The notes: generated from the letters alone by a model not told the origin. Positions 18,607 through 31,990 are shown, numbered from the stretch's first letter. The stretch: 45,983 nt of DNA from an uncultured Clostridia bacterium (GCA_964614935.1 CAZTML010000001.1:1-45983), one strand, 5' to 3'. A program made the numbers and translations.

Positions 18607-21426
18607 TTACTCTTCTGTTTCTGTAACTTCAGGAATTTCGGTAATTTCTTCTACTTCCGGTTCTCCGTTTATTAATATATTAAGTTGATTTAATATATTT
18701 TCTAAGTCTTCAAGTTTTCTGCCATATTCAGCCCAATTTCCTCTTTGTGAAGCTTCATTTGCAGCATTGAATACATCATTTGCTTGGTTTATTAAGTCAT
18801 TTATACTTGTGTCGTCATATTCTGTATCAGACTCTTGTGGTCCTCCAGGTGTCTGATTTAGGCCGAAAAGACTTTCTATTGCCCTATCCAATGTAGGTTC
18901 CATTAATATTGTATCACCAAATGATATTACAACATTTTTCATTTCAGGGAAGTTACTGGCTGTATCTGACTTCAAATATATAGGCTCTACATAAAGCAGG
19001 GAATCCTCTATAGGGATAACAACCGTATTTCCCCTTAATACATCTGAACCCATTTGACTCCAAAGTGTAAGTTGTGATGATATGGATGTATCTTGATCAA
19101 TTTTCGTTTCAATCATATTAGGTCCCGGAATTACTTTTGTTTTCGGGAATTCATATAAAATTAACTCACCGTAATTGTCTCCGTCATTTCGGGCTGCCAA
19201 AAGTGATATCATATTATCTCTATTTTGAGGAGTATATTGTGTAGTTAACAAAAATTCTACATTTTCTTCACCAGGTAGTTTAAACATAAGGTAAGATGAA
19301 CCTGCAGATTCTTCACCATAACCCATGTACTTTTCTTTTGCTAAATCCCAATAATCTTCTCTTCCAAAGAAAACTGTAGTATTTTCAATGTGATATAATC
19401 TGTACATTTCCGCCTGAATATCAAAATATGCTTGTGAATATCTTGTGTGTTTTCTAAGGCCTTCCGGCATTTCATTAATTGGTTTCAATAAATCCCTAAA
19501 TATTTTATCATAGGTTTTAATAATAGGATCATCTTCATCTACAACATAAAAATCTATTGAACCATTATATGCATCTATAACAACTTTTACTGAATTTCTT
19601 ATATAATTAACATCGTAACCATCTATAAATAAATCTGTAGGTTCTGAATAAGGATACTTGTTACTTACGGTAAATCCTTCTATAATCCAATAAAGTTTTC
19701 CGTCTTCTTGATTTACAACAATATATGCATCGGGATCGTAGTACATAAATGGAGCTATTTCAGTAACCCTTTCCATTATATTCCTGTTTATTAAAATCTT
19801 GGAATCACTATCAATATTATTTGAAATTAACATCCTATAGCTGCCTTCTCTTATAGAAAATAAGAGCCTGTTTAAAAATGACATGTTAATTCCTGCACTT
19901 CCTTCATAGAAGGTTTCGACATTGTTGGCACCTGAAGGGTAGTCAAATTCCATTTCATCGGTATTTGCAATTACATAGTCATTTGTTTTTTCACCAAAAT
20001 ATATTTCTGGCCTTGTGATATTAAAATCAGTTTGGGTAGTTGGAGGTATATTTTGTACCATCATTTCAGGCTGTCCCTGGGGATTAACCATATTCACCGG
20101 TGAAAGTGTTATTCCATAACCATGAGTATATTTTAAGTACTGATTTACCCATGTTCTAGCTTGATCATTTAACCTTCCTTGATCAAGTTCTCTTGCTGAC
20201 AAGAAAACCTGCCTGTAAACGCCATCAATTACGTATCTATCCACATCTACATCATTAAACACATAATAAGGTCTAATACCTTGAAGTTGATTGTAAACTT
20301 GAATTAGAGGCTCCTGGTCGTTAATTCTTATATTCTCAATTACTTCTTTGTTGTTTTTTATATCTTCAATTCTTAGGTTATTATTAGCAGGAAATTGAAT
20401 TATTTCGACATCGTCCAAGGCATAAGCATTTTGTGTATATTTTATGCTGTATTCCATATACTTTATTTCTTTTGAAAGTTGATCTGGTTCAACAATGAAT
20501 TTCTCTACACCACCTGCCATACCTGTTCCCACAATAGATATAGCAATAAGGGCTACAGGAATTGCCAAAGCTAGTTTTAAATTTCTTTTTCTAGCTCCAA
20601 AGAAGAATATAATAGCAGCAATTACAAAACCTACTGCTAATATCCTGTATAAATTCAAAGTTATATTTATATCTGTATATCCTGCACCGGATACCCTGCC
20701 TAGTTGAGAATAAAGCAAATCATAGGATTTTAAGGCATTTCTGATTCCTAAAAATACAAAAATAAATACACCTAAAATTGATGTTTGATTTATTATTTTT
20801 TCAGCAAATTTTTTATTTAAAATATTGTTTAAGTCTACTTGTTGGCGTGGAAACTGTTGAATATTTTCAAATTGCTCTGAAATATTTTTCATACTGTCCC
20901 TAAGAGCCAAATAGGCGTAAAACAATATAATTACAATCACAAGTAAGAAAAGCAAAGAAATTATTGAATTAACAGCTGTGTTTATAAGGGGAAGCCTAAA
21001 TACATAAAAACCTATATCATTATTAAATATAGGATCTGTTAAGCCAAAAGCCTCACCATTTAAATACTGTAGTATTTCAAACCACAGTGTTGACATTATG
21101 TTTGATGTAATTAGAAAACTTACAGCTACAGAAGTTAATTTAGCATACAAATAAAATTTTTTATTTATATTGATAATCTCTGATTCTTCATCATATTTCT
21201 TCTTTAGTTTCTTGATAAAATAGTACAATAAAATACTTAATATTATAAAAATTGGTATTCCAATCGTAATTTGCGCTTTAATTTTAGTAAAAAAAGTTTC
21301 AGTATAACCTACTTCTTTAAACCACAAATAATTTGTTGAAAACTTTACAATGCTGTTGAAGGAATTTAGTAATAAAAATATTACTACTACAACTCCCATA
21401 ACAAATAGTCTTCCTCTATTCTTCAT
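18607..21426 (-). CDS. UPF0182 family membrane protein
   Basis: LWFKEVGY, DPIFNNDIGFYVF, YTHGYG, RPEIYFGE, NYIRNSVKVVIDAYNG, LLYVEPIYL; start moved to ATG21426, whose AGGAGG RBS abuts the sigB stop. Confidence 0.92.
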   Translation of the reverse strand: MKNRGRLFVMGVVVVIFLLLNSFNSIVKFSTNYLWFKEVGYTETFFTKIKAQITIGIPIFIILSILLYYFIKKLKKKYDEESEIININKKFYLYAKLTSVAVSFLITSNIMSTLWFEILQYLNGEAFGLTDPIFNNDIGFYVFRLPLINTAVNSIISLLFLLVIVIILFYAYLALRDSMKNISEQFENIQQFPRQQVDLNNILNKKFAEKIINQTSILGVFIFVFLGIRNALKSYDLLYSQLGRVSGAGYTDINITLNLYRILAVGFVIAAIIFFFGARKRNLKLALAIPVALIAISIVGTGMAGGVEKFIVEPDQLSKEIKYMEYSIKYTQNAYALDDVEIIQFPANNNLRIEDIKNNKEVIENIRINDQEPLIQVYNQLQGIRPYYVFNDVDVDRYVIDGVYRQVFLSARELDQGRLNDQARTWVNQYLKYTHGYGITLSPVNMVNPQGQPEMMVQNIPPTTQTDFNITRPEIYFGEKTNDYVIANTDEMEFDYPSGANNVETFYEGSAGINMSFLNRLLFSIREGSYRMLISNNIDSDSKILINRNIMERVTEIAPFMYYDPDAYIVVNQEDGKLYWIIEGFTVSNKYPYSEPTDLFIDGYDVNYIRNSVKVVIDAYNGSIDFYVVDEDDPIIKTYDKIFRDLLKPINEMPEGLRKHTRYSQAYFDIQAEMYRLYHIENTTVFFGREDYWDLAKEKYMGYGEESAGSSYLMFKLPGEENVEFLLTTQYTPQNRDNMISLLAARNDGDNYGELILYEFPKTKVIPGPNMIETKIDQDTSISSQLTLWSQMGSDVLRGNTVVIPIEDSLLYVEPIYLKSDTASNFPEMKNVVISFGDTILMEPTLDRAIESLFGLNQTPGGPQESDTEYDDTSINDLINQANDVFNAANEASQRGNWAEYGRKLEDLENILNQLNILINGEPEVEEITEIPEVTETEE

Positions 21427-21436
21427 AAAACCTCCT

Positions 21437-22198
21437 TTATTTATAAAATTCAATCCTCAATTTTTCTAATGATCTTTTTTCTATTCTGGATACAGTCATT
21501 TGAGATATATCCAGCTCTTTAGCAATTTCACTTTGAGTTTTATTATGGTAAAATCTCTTGATAATTATATTTTTTTCAAGTTCATTTAGTTTTTCCATAG
21601 ACTTATCTAAAAAATCTTGATTTTCAATTTGTTTGTAATACTTATCTTCATCTCCCATAAGATCCATGAGGGATAAATCATTATCATCGCCATTTGTATC
21701 AAGTTTCTCATCAAGAGATTGAGAATTAAACATTTTGCCTGCTTCGAATGCTTCTAAAATTTCTTCTTCTGTAGAATTTGCATATTCGGCAATTTCTTTT
21801 ATAGTTGGAGATCTGTGAAGCTGGCTTGCCAAAATATTACTGTATTCATTGACTTTCCTGGAAATTTCCTGAATTTTTCTTGGCACCTTAATAGCCCAGC
21901 CCTTATCTCTGAAATATTTTTTTATTTCACCTAATATGGTCGGGGTAGCAAAAGATGTAAATTCAAATCCTTTAGATATATCAAATCTTTCTATGGCAAA
22001 AATTAATCCCATACATGCTATTTGAAAAATATCATCATATTCAATGCCTCTATTAGAATATTTTCTAGATATAATTTCAGCCATATACTTATATTTTTCA
22101 AAGATTTCATTTCTTACTTCAACATCTCTTGTTTCATTATATTTTAAAAACAGATCATAGTTTTTTATGTTTTTTGAGTTATTACTCATTTCGCTCAT
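21437..22198 (-). CDS. sigB: SigB/SigF/SigG family RNA polymerase sigma factor (SigB by context)
   Basis: FTSFATPTILGEIKKYFRDKGW, QSEIAKELDISQMTVSR; follows rsbV-rsbW; start uncertain (22207/22198). Confidence 0.88.
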   Translation of the reverse strand: MSEMSNNSKNIKNYDLFLKYNETRDVEVRNEIFEKYKYMAEIISRKYSNRGIEYDDIFQIACMGLIFAIERFDISKGFEFTSFATPTILGEIKKYFRDKGWAIKVPRKIQEISRKVNEYSNILASQLHRSPTIKEIAEYANSTEEEILEAFEAGKMFNSQSLDEKLDTNGDDNDLSLMDLMGDEDKYYKQIENQDFLDKSMEKLNELEKNIIIKRFYHNKTQSEIAKELDISQMTVSRIEKRSLEKLRIEFYK

Positions 22199-22214
22199 TT
22201 TGATCAACGCCTAA

Positions 22215-22574
22215 TTATTTTATTTTTTCAAATTTAATAGTTTTATTGTTTAAATCATAATTGTAATTATCAGATAAACTTTCAATAATCATAATGCTCA
22301 TATCATCACTTAAATCAGCTTCTGATAAGAGTCCCTCATTTAAATCTCGAACCGACACAAGAATTTTATCCTGTAAAATTTGATAATTTATTTCAAATTC
22401 TTCAGAATTCTCCTTATTTTTCATAAAAAATGTACAGATTTCGGATATAATTACTTTCATATCTTCGATTTCATCAATGTTAAATCCATTTAAATTTGCC
22501 AATGCAGATGTAGTTAATCTAATTGTACTAATATATTCGGATTTTTTGGGGATTTTTAACGTTACTTTATCCAT
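22215..22574 (-). CDS. rsbW: RsbW-like anti-sigma factor with degenerate kinase motifs
   Basis: IP..EYISTIRL..GF.IDEIEDMKV.ISE N-terminus typical of RsbW; located between rsbV and sigB. Confidence 0.82.
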   Translation of the reverse strand: MDKVTLKIPKKSEYISTIRLTTSALANLNGFNIDEIEDMKVIISEICTFFMKNKENSEEFEINYQILQDKILVSVRDLNEGLLSEADLSDDMSIMIIESLSDNYNYDLNNKTIKFEKIK

Positions 22575-22578
22575 TTTA

Positions 22579-22890
22579 TCACTCCTGGATGTTAAATACT
22601 TTATTCAAACCTGTAATATCAAACAATTTATAAATATTAGGTTTTAAGTTTATTATTTTAAAATTTAAATTTTTTTCTTGCATTTTTTTATAAATGCTCA
22701 TTAAAACTCCAAGCCCTGTACTATCGATATAGTCAAGGCTTTCACCATTGATGATAAGATCTGATTTTTTTTCTTCAATTAATTCAAATACTTTATTTTT
22801 AAGGTCTGGAGAAGTATATATGTCTACTTCTCCAATTGGTTTTATTTCTATTAGCTTATCTTGAATTTTATTTTCAATTTCTAACGACAT
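22579..22890 (-). CDS. rsbV: STAS-domain anti-anti-sigma factor
   Basis: GEVDIYTSP, YIDSTGLG phospho-Ser motif, LFDITGL. Confidence 0.92.
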   Translation of the reverse strand: MSLEIENKIQDKLIEIKPIGEVDIYTSPDLKNKVFELIEEKKSDLIINGESLDYIDSTGLGVLMSIYKKMQEKNLNFKIINLKPNIYKLFDITGLNKVFNIQE

Positions 22891-22902
22891 AATAAACCTC
22901 CA

Positions 22903-25368
22903 TTATTCTTCTGATTCTGTTTCAAAATCTTCTTCTGTAAAAATCTTTGCTATCGATGCTACTTTGTCATCGCCTTTCAATCTCATTGCAATAACTCCTT
23001 GAGTATCTCTTCCCATTATAGATATGTTTTTAGCGTGCATTCTAATTATGGTACCATTTGTGCTTAGTATCATAACATCATCTTCCTTCTCAACTATCAA
23101 GGAGTTTACTATTAGCCCTGTCTTTTTTGTAATGTTATGGGCTTTCATTCCTTTTCCGCCCCTGTTTTGGCGTCTAAATTCTTGGGATAGGGTTATCTTT
23201 GCATAACCATTTTCTGTAATAGTCAAAATAAGTTTATTTTCATCACTTTGTTTGATTATGCTCATGGATACCAGCTCATCATTGTCAGAAATTGTGACAG
23301 CTTTAACTCCCATGGTATTTCTGCCGGTTTCCCTTACATCATCTTCATGGAATCTTATGCCTTTTCCTTCCTTTGTAACAATGAATATATCCTTTGTACC
23401 ATCAGTTACGTTGACGCTTATTAATTCATCGTCATCTGCAATTTTAATAGCTACTAATCCAGTCTTTCTATTAGAATCAAATTCACTTAGTTTTGTTTTC
23501 TTTATGATACCTTTCTTGGTTACAAATACTAAGAATTCATTATCGTTGAATTCTCTTATTGGTATAAGTGATTTTATTTTTTCTCCTGCATCAATGTTTA
23601 TTAAATTGATTACAGCTGTTCCTTTTGCTTGACGTCTTGCTTCCGGAACTTCGTAAGCTTTGATTCTGTATATCTTACCCTTATTTGTTACAAACATCAA
23701 GTAATCATGAGTCGATGTAATAAATAAGTCTTTTACAAAGTCTTCATCCCTTGTAGTAAGGGCAGTAACTCCTTTACCTCCTCTATTTTGTACCTTGTAA
23801 GTATCTTCGGGAAGCCTTTTAATGTAGCCAAAGTTTGTCAATGTTATAGCAACATTTTCTTCTTCTATTAAGTCTTCTACATTAATTTCTCCTTCATCTG
23901 CAATAATTTCTGTTCTTCTTTCATCATAATATTGATTTTTTATATCTGTTAATTCTTCTTTAACAATTTGGTCAATTAAATACTTATGAGCAAGAATTTC
24001 TTTATATTTATTTATCAATTTCATCAATTCTTCATACTCGGCATCTAATTTTTCTCTTTCCAAACCTTGTAGACGTCTTAGTCTCATATCTACAATGGCT
24101 CTTGCCTGTATTTCAGATAAATCAAATGCTTTCATCAATCTTTGTTCTGCATCATCATAAGACGCTCTTATAATTCTTATAACTTCATCGATGTTATCTA
24201 TTGCTTTAATTAAACCTTCAACTATGTGGGCTCTTGCTTCTGCTTTAGCTAAATCATACCTTGTTCTTCTTTCAACAATTTCCCTTTGATGTTCAACATA
24301 GTAGTGAATCATTTCTTTCAAGTTCAAGATTTTTGGTTCATTATTAACCAAAGCAAGCATTATGATACTGAAGTTATCCTGCATTTGGGTATTTTTATAT
24401 AAATTGTTAAGGACAATATTTGGATTATAATCTCTTTTGATTTCAATAACAATCCTCATTCCGTCTCTGTCACTTTCATCTCTTAAATCAGAAATTCCTT
24501 CAAGACGTTTATCTTTCACTAGTTCAGCTATTTTTTCAATAAGTCTTGCCTTGTTTACTATGTATGGAATTTCAGTAACTATAATTCGGCTTCTGTTGCC
24601 TTTCATTTCTTCTATTTCAACTTTAGCCTTAGCTTTTACCTTGCCTCTTCCTGTTAAGTAAGCATTTTTAATATTATCCTTACCTTCTATTATAGCACCT
24701 GTAGGGAAGTCTGGACCTTTTATATACTTCATAAGTCCTAGTATATCTATATCTGGATTATCTATATAAGCAATTGTCCCATTTACTACTTCTCCTATAT
24801 TGTGAGGAGGTATGGATGATGCCATTCCAACAGCTATACCTGAAGAACCATTTACCAATAAATTTGGGAAACGGCTAGGCATTACTACAGGTTCTTTTAA
24901 TGTTTCATCAAAGTTTGGCCTGAAGTCTACAGTATCCTTATTAAAATCACGAATCATTTCCATTGCAATCTTTGACATTCTAGCTTCTGTATAACGCATT
25001 GCCGCCGCCGGGTCTCCGTCTACTGAACCAAAGTTTCCATGTCCATCTATTAATTGATATCGCATGGAAAAACTTTGTGCTAATCTTACCATAGCATCAT
25101 AAACTGCTATATCACCGTGAGGGTGGTACTTACCTAATACGTCCCCAACTATACGAGCACTTTTTTTATGTGGTTTATCCGGTGAAAGTCCTAATTCATA
25201 TGCTGAATACAAAATTCTCCTATGAACCGGCTTAAGTCCATCTCTTACATCTGGCAATGCTCTTGATACAATTACCGTCATAGCATAGTCTAAATAAGAC
25301 TTTTTCATTTCTTCAGTAATATTTACATTTATAATCTTACCTGTATTTGTATTTTCGTTTTCGCTCAT
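22903..25368 (-). CDS. gyrA: DNA gyrase subunit A
   Basis: AAAMRYTE catalytic Tyr, GyrA-box QNRGGKG, acidic tail; follows gyrB near oriC. Confidence 0.98.
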   Translation of the reverse strand: MSENENTNTGKIINVNITEEMKKSYLDYAMTVIVSRALPDVRDGLKPVHRRILYSAYELGLSPDKPHKKSARIVGDVLGKYHPHGDIAVYDAMVRLAQSFSMRYQLIDGHGNFGSVDGDPAAAMRYTEARMSKIAMEMIRDFNKDTVDFRPNFDETLKEPVVMPSRFPNLLVNGSSGIAVGMASSIPPHNIGEVVNGTIAYIDNPDIDILGLMKYIKGPDFPTGAIIEGKDNIKNAYLTGRGKVKAKAKVEIEEMKGNRSRIIVTEIPYIVNKARLIEKIAELVKDKRLEGISDLRDESDRDGMRIVIEIKRDYNPNIVLNNLYKNTQMQDNFSIIMLALVNNEPKILNLKEMIHYYVEHQREIVERRTRYDLAKAEARAHIVEGLIKAIDNIDEVIRIIRASYDDAEQRLMKAFDLSEIQARAIVDMRLRRLQGLEREKLDAEYEELMKLINKYKEILAHKYLIDQIVKEELTDIKNQYYDERRTEIIADEGEINVEDLIEEENVAITLTNFGYIKRLPEDTYKVQNRGGKGVTALTTRDEDFVKDLFITSTHDYLMFVTNKGKIYRIKAYEVPEARRQAKGTAVINLINIDAGEKIKSLIPIREFNDNEFLVFVTKKGIIKKTKLSEFDSNRKTGLVAIKIADDDELISVNVTDGTKDIFIVTKEGKGIRFHEDDVRETGRNTMGVKAVTISDNDELVSMSIIKQSDENKLILTITENGYAKITLSQEFRRQNRGGKGMKAHNITKKTGLIVNSLIVEKEDDVMILSTNGTIIRMHAKNISIMGRDTQGVIAMRLKGDDKVASIAKIFTEEDFETESEE

Positions 25369-25380
25369 TTGTACCCTCGC

Positions 25381-28423
<3,043 letters not shown>

Positions 28424-28432
28424 TATTTATTT

Positions 28433-28547
28433 GGGTACATTCCTCTTTCTCCAAATCCATTAATTTAGGGGTATTCCTCTTTTTACCATCCTCAAAGTCT
28501 ATCTAAACAATAAAGGTGTGCCCCTATACCTCTAATGGTGTGTCCCC
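28433..28547. repeat. Two nested family B REP-like hairpins
   Basis: Outer GGGTACATTCC/GGTGTGTCCCC; inner AGGGGTATTCCT/AGGTGTGCCCCT. Confidence 0.7.
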
Positions 28548-28757
28548 ATACCTCACTATTAAAAATTTTTCATTATTAAATTCAACTACATCCCCTTCTC
28601 TTAACTTTTTTCCCCTTTGGAGAACAACTTCATCATTGACTTTTACCAATCCGTCTAATATGACATTCTTAGCCATACCTCCACCTTCAACAACATTGGC
28701 AAATTTCAACATTTGGTCTAATTTAATATATTCAGTACTTATAGTAATTTTTTCCAT
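28524..28757 (-). CDS. yaaA: S4-domain RNA-binding protein YaaA
   Basis: EYIKLDQMLK..GGMAK..VKVNDE..QRGKKLREGD; between dnaN and recF. Confidence 0.93.
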   Translation of the reverse strand: MEKITISTEYIKLDQMLKFANVVEGGGMAKNVILDGLVKVNDEVVLQRGKKLREGDVVEFNNEKFLIVRYGDTPLEV

Positions 28758-28776
28758 AATACTCCTTTTTAATTTA

Positions 28777-28910
28777 TCATTGCTATGAATAAGCTACGAA
28801 GCTGCGTGTCATTCTGAACGCAGTGAAGAATCTCAGATTTGCAATTGGATCCTTCGCTACGCTCAGGATTAGCGACTGTCACCAAATTTTTTTAAAAAAA
28901 TTTGGCACAG
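28777..28910. repeat. Composite REP cluster: extension + family A dimer + CTGTCACC hairpin
   Basis: TGTCATTCTGAACGCAGTGAAGAATCT (28807) paired with GGATCCTTCGCTACGCTCAGGAT (28847); CTGTCACCAAATTTTTTT/AAAAAAATTTGGCACAG (28876-28910). Confidence 0.75.
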
Positions 28911-28913
28911 CTG

Positions 28914-30035
28914 CTAACTTATTCTAACAGGTAATACCATATAAATATAGTTTTCTTTTTTATTACCTTCTTTATCTTCTTTTTCTTCTTTAATAAAACA
29001 AGGATTATTTTTTCCTATTAAATTTAAAGAAATAACATCACTATCTATAACTTTTAGATAATCTAAAATATACTTTGAGTTAAATCCTATTTTTATATCT
29101 TCTCCTTCTTTTTCTATAGCGATATGCTCTTCAACATTTCCATATTCAGAAGCAGAATTAATTTCCATATTATCATCTTTAATATCTAATATAATTAAAT
29201 TATTTTTATCATCTCTTGCAAGAAGAGAAGCTCTTTCTATACTATCCCTTATATCTACTGTATTTACTTTAATTACAGATACATAATTGTCTTTAATAAT
29301 TCCTTGGTAGTCAATAAATTTTCCTTCCAATAAATTAGAAATTATATTTGTAGATCCTATTTTAAAGGAAATATGGCTTTCAGAAACTGTTATTTCTGTA
29401 TCATCCTTACTTTCTTCTATAATTCTTAGTATTTCTATCAATGTTTTAGAAGGAACAACTATAGAAATTTCTCCCTCGTAGCTAACTATATCTTTTTTTA
29501 CTGCCATTCTGTAGCCATCAAGAGCAACTATGGTACACATATGATTTTTTATTTCAATGAGACATCCTGTAAAAATTGGTTTTATATTTTCTTGTGCGGC
29601 AGCAAAATAAGTATGTCTTATTAAATCCCTTAAAGTCTCTGTTTTTATTTTAAAGGATTCCCCGGTATTGTCAAATGTATTGTCAGGATATTCTGCAGCT
29701 GAATTACCAAGTATGTTTATTTCTGAATTCAAGCATTTTATTTCCATATTGTTATTTTCCATAGTTTCAATAAAAACATATGAATTAGTAGGCAATTTTC
29801 TTACAAAATCACCGATTAATCTAGCTTGCACAACAATTGATCCTTCTTCTTCTATTTCACAAGGGGAGTAAGTCTTTATTCCTAAATCTAAATCCGTTGC
29901 AGTTAATACTAGCATATTGTTTTTAGCTTCAATAAGAATTCCTGATAATATAGGGAGGGGGGTTCTTGCTGAAACAGCTTTTTGTACTATATTAATAGAT
30001 TTATTTAGTTCGTTTTGATTAATTTTTACTTTCAT
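28914..30035 (-). CDS. dnaN: DNA polymerase III beta clamp
   Basis: ATDLD, ALDGYRMA, IGFNSKY, MVLPVR; follows dnaA. Confidence 0.97.
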   Translation of the reverse strand: MKVKINQNELNKSINIVQKAVSARTPLPILSGILIEAKNNMLVLTATDLDLGIKTYSPCEIEEEGSIVVQARLIGDFVRKLPTNSYVFIETMENNNMEIKCLNSEINILGNSAAEYPDNTFDNTGESFKIKTETLRDLIRHTYFAAAQENIKPIFTGCLIEIKNHMCTIVALDGYRMAVKKDIVSYEGEISIVVPSKTLIEILRIIEESKDDTEITVSESHISFKIGSTNIISNLLEGKFIDYQGIIKDNYVSVIKVNTVDIRDSIERASLLARDDKNNLIILDIKDDNMEINSASEYGNVEEHIAIEKEGEDIKIGFNSKYILDYLKVIDSDVISLNLIGKNNPCFIKEEKEDKEGNKKENYIYMVLPVRIS

Positions 30036-30271
30036 AGTAGGCTCCTTTTTATAATTGTTGACAAAATAATTTAAAAATCTTTAGTAGTAATATATAAAAT
30101 ACTTATTAGTAATATTAGTAGGTCCTGTTAATTTGTTGAAAACCGTATTAAGCATTGATTTCTTAATATTTTTAAAAAAACTTCTTGTTGATGGTTTTAA
30201 TATTAGTCCATAGCAATAAAAATTATCATTATTTTTGTAAACATCCATTAACAGTTTGTCAACATTTAATG
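30036..30271. other. oriC unwinding region (dnaA-dnaN gap) with DnaA boxes and DnaA-trios
   Basis: Minus strand reads TTTTCAACA/AATTAACA-GGACC-TACTAATATTACTAAT (30142 to 30105), the box-box-GC-trio layout of Firmicute origins; further degenerate boxes nearby. Confidence 0.85.
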
Positions 30272-31603
30272 TTAATTATTAAGCATTGATATTAAATCTT
30301 CTATATTTTTCTTTGTTTCCTGATTATTTTCCATTTCGTCTTCAATTTTATTATACGCATGAAGTACAGTTGAATGATCTCTACCACCAAATTCATCACC
30401 TAGCTTAGGAAGAGATAAATCAGTTAGTTTTCTTCCAATATACATGGCAATTTGTCTAGGATAAGCAATATTTTTAGTTTTCTTTTTAGATACTAAATCA
30501 TCTATTGATAGGTTGTAGTAATTAGCTACAACTTCTTTTATATCTGAAATTGAAAGTTTTTTATTATTAGAAATCAAGTGCTTTAAAGCTTCTTGAGCTA
30601 ATTCAAGAGTAACTTCTTTTTTATTTGTAAGAGAAGCATAGGCATAAATACGAATAAGAGCTCCTTCTAACTTTCTTATATTTGACTGTATATGTTGTGC
30701 TATATATGTAATTACTTCGTCAGGAACATCGTAATTTTCTGCTTCAGCCTTTTTTCTAAGTATTGCAATTCTTGTTTCATAATCAGGGGCTTGAATATCA
30801 GCTATTAACCCCCATTCAAAACGTGAACGTAATCTGTCTTCCAAGGTTGGAATTTCAGAAGGTGGGTTGTCGCTTGATACGATGATTTGTTTATTGGCTT
30901 CATGTAAAGCATTGAAAGTGTGAAAAAATTCTTCTTGCGTAGATTCTTTTCCTGCAATAAACTGAATATCATCAACTAAAAGTACATCAGCTTTTCTGTA
31001 TGTATTTCTAAACTCCTCATTAGTGCCGTCTTTAATTGAATTAATAAGGTCATTTGTAAATTTTTCGGAAGTTACGTACAAGACGTAAGCGTCCGGATTA
31101 TTATCTAAAACATAATGGCCTATTGCATGCATTAAATGGGTTTTTCCAAGTCCAACCCCTCCATAAATAAATAAGGGGTTATATGCTGTTGAAGGTGCTT
31201 CAGCAACAGCTAAGGAAGCTGCATGTGCAAAACGATTAGAATTTCCTATTATAAAATTATCAAACCTATATTTAGGATTTAATTTTCTTCCATTATATAA
31301 GGGATCGGTTTCATCAACCGTATTTGATTCAACTTTTTTCATTTCCTTATCTATATTTTCCCCTGGTATAGTAAATATTATCTCTGTTTCTTTTTTCAAA
31401 ACATAGATAAAGGCATTTTTAAGAAAATTATAGTGTCTTTTTTTGATTGTATTTCTCAAAAAATCATCTGCAGTTTCTAAATAAATAGTATTATCTTTAT
31501 ATGCTACAATTTTAAGAGGCTTAAACCAAGTATTAAAAGAGACTTGATTGGTGTCCTCTTTTACAATTTCAAGTACCTCATTCCATAAATCTTCAAAATT
31601 CAT
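30272..31603 (-). CDS. dnaA: Chromosomal replication initiator DnaA
   Basis: [42 protein letters not shown]. Confidence 0.99.
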   Translation of the reverse strand: MNFEDLWNEVLEIVKEDTNQVSFNTWFKPLKIVAYKDNTIYLETADDFLRNTIKKRHYNFLKNAFIYVLKKETEIIFTIPGENIDKEMKKVESNTVDETDPLYNGRKLNPKYRFDNFIIGNSNRFAHAASLAVAEAPSTAYNPLFIYGGVGLGKTHLMHAIGHYVLDNNPDAYVLYVTSEKFTNDLINSIKDGTNEEFRNTYRKADVLLVDDIQFIAGKESTQEEFFHTFNALHEANKQIIVSSDNPPSEIPTLEDRLRSRFEWGLIADIQAPDYETRIAILRKKAEAENYDVPDEVITYIAQHIQSNIRKLEGALIRIYAYASLTNKKEVTLELAQEALKHLISNNKKLSISDIKEVVANYYNLSIDDLVSKKKTKNIAYPRQIAMYIGRKLTDLSLPKLGDEFGGRDHSTVLHAYNKIEDEMENNQETKKNIEDLISMLNN

Positions 31604-31820
31604 ATATTTCCTCCGGTGTTGATAAAAAAGATTAACAAGATGTTGATTAAAATTTTAAATATTGATAATATTAGACTTATAAACAGTTGTTTATAAAAAT
31701 GTGAACACTTTAAATGGTGAATAAGAATAAAAATTTTGATATTAAAAATCCTTGTCCATGAAATTATTAACAAAAAAAGTTATCCACAGACAATTACTAT
31801 AATATCATTTTTTATCCACA
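31604..31820. promoter_or_regulatory. DnaA-box cluster upstream of dnaA (second half of bipartite oriC)
   Basis: Perfect TTATCCACA at 31780-31788 and 31812-31820, TGTTGATAA at 31617-31625 and other degenerate boxes; gene orientation flips here. Confidence 0.85.
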
Positions 31821-31890
31821 AATTCAATTTAAATTTATATATTTTAAAAAATAATTGCATTATATTTGAAAATATAGTATAAAGGTATAT

Positions 31891-31941
31891 GGACACACCT
31901 TCTTATATGGGTTAAGTCTCTGAAGTATGAAGGAATGTCCC
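31891..31941. repeat. Family B REP-like hairpin in the dnaA-rpmH gap
   Basis: GGACACACCTTC ... GAAGGAATGTCC. Confidence 0.75.
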
Positions 31942-31961
31942 TAATTAGAAAATTTTCAGTG

Positions 31962-31990
31962 TTGACATAAATATTTAAAAATATTATAAT
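31962..31990 (+). promoter_or_regulatory. Consensus SigA promoter of rpmH
   Basis: TTGACA-17bp-TATAAT. Confidence 0.85.

Noticed and set aside
28950-28995. Charged low-complexity insertion (EEKEDKEGNKKE) near the DnaN C-terminus
   Set aside because: Falls in what is probably a variable surface loop; no repeat or mobile signature
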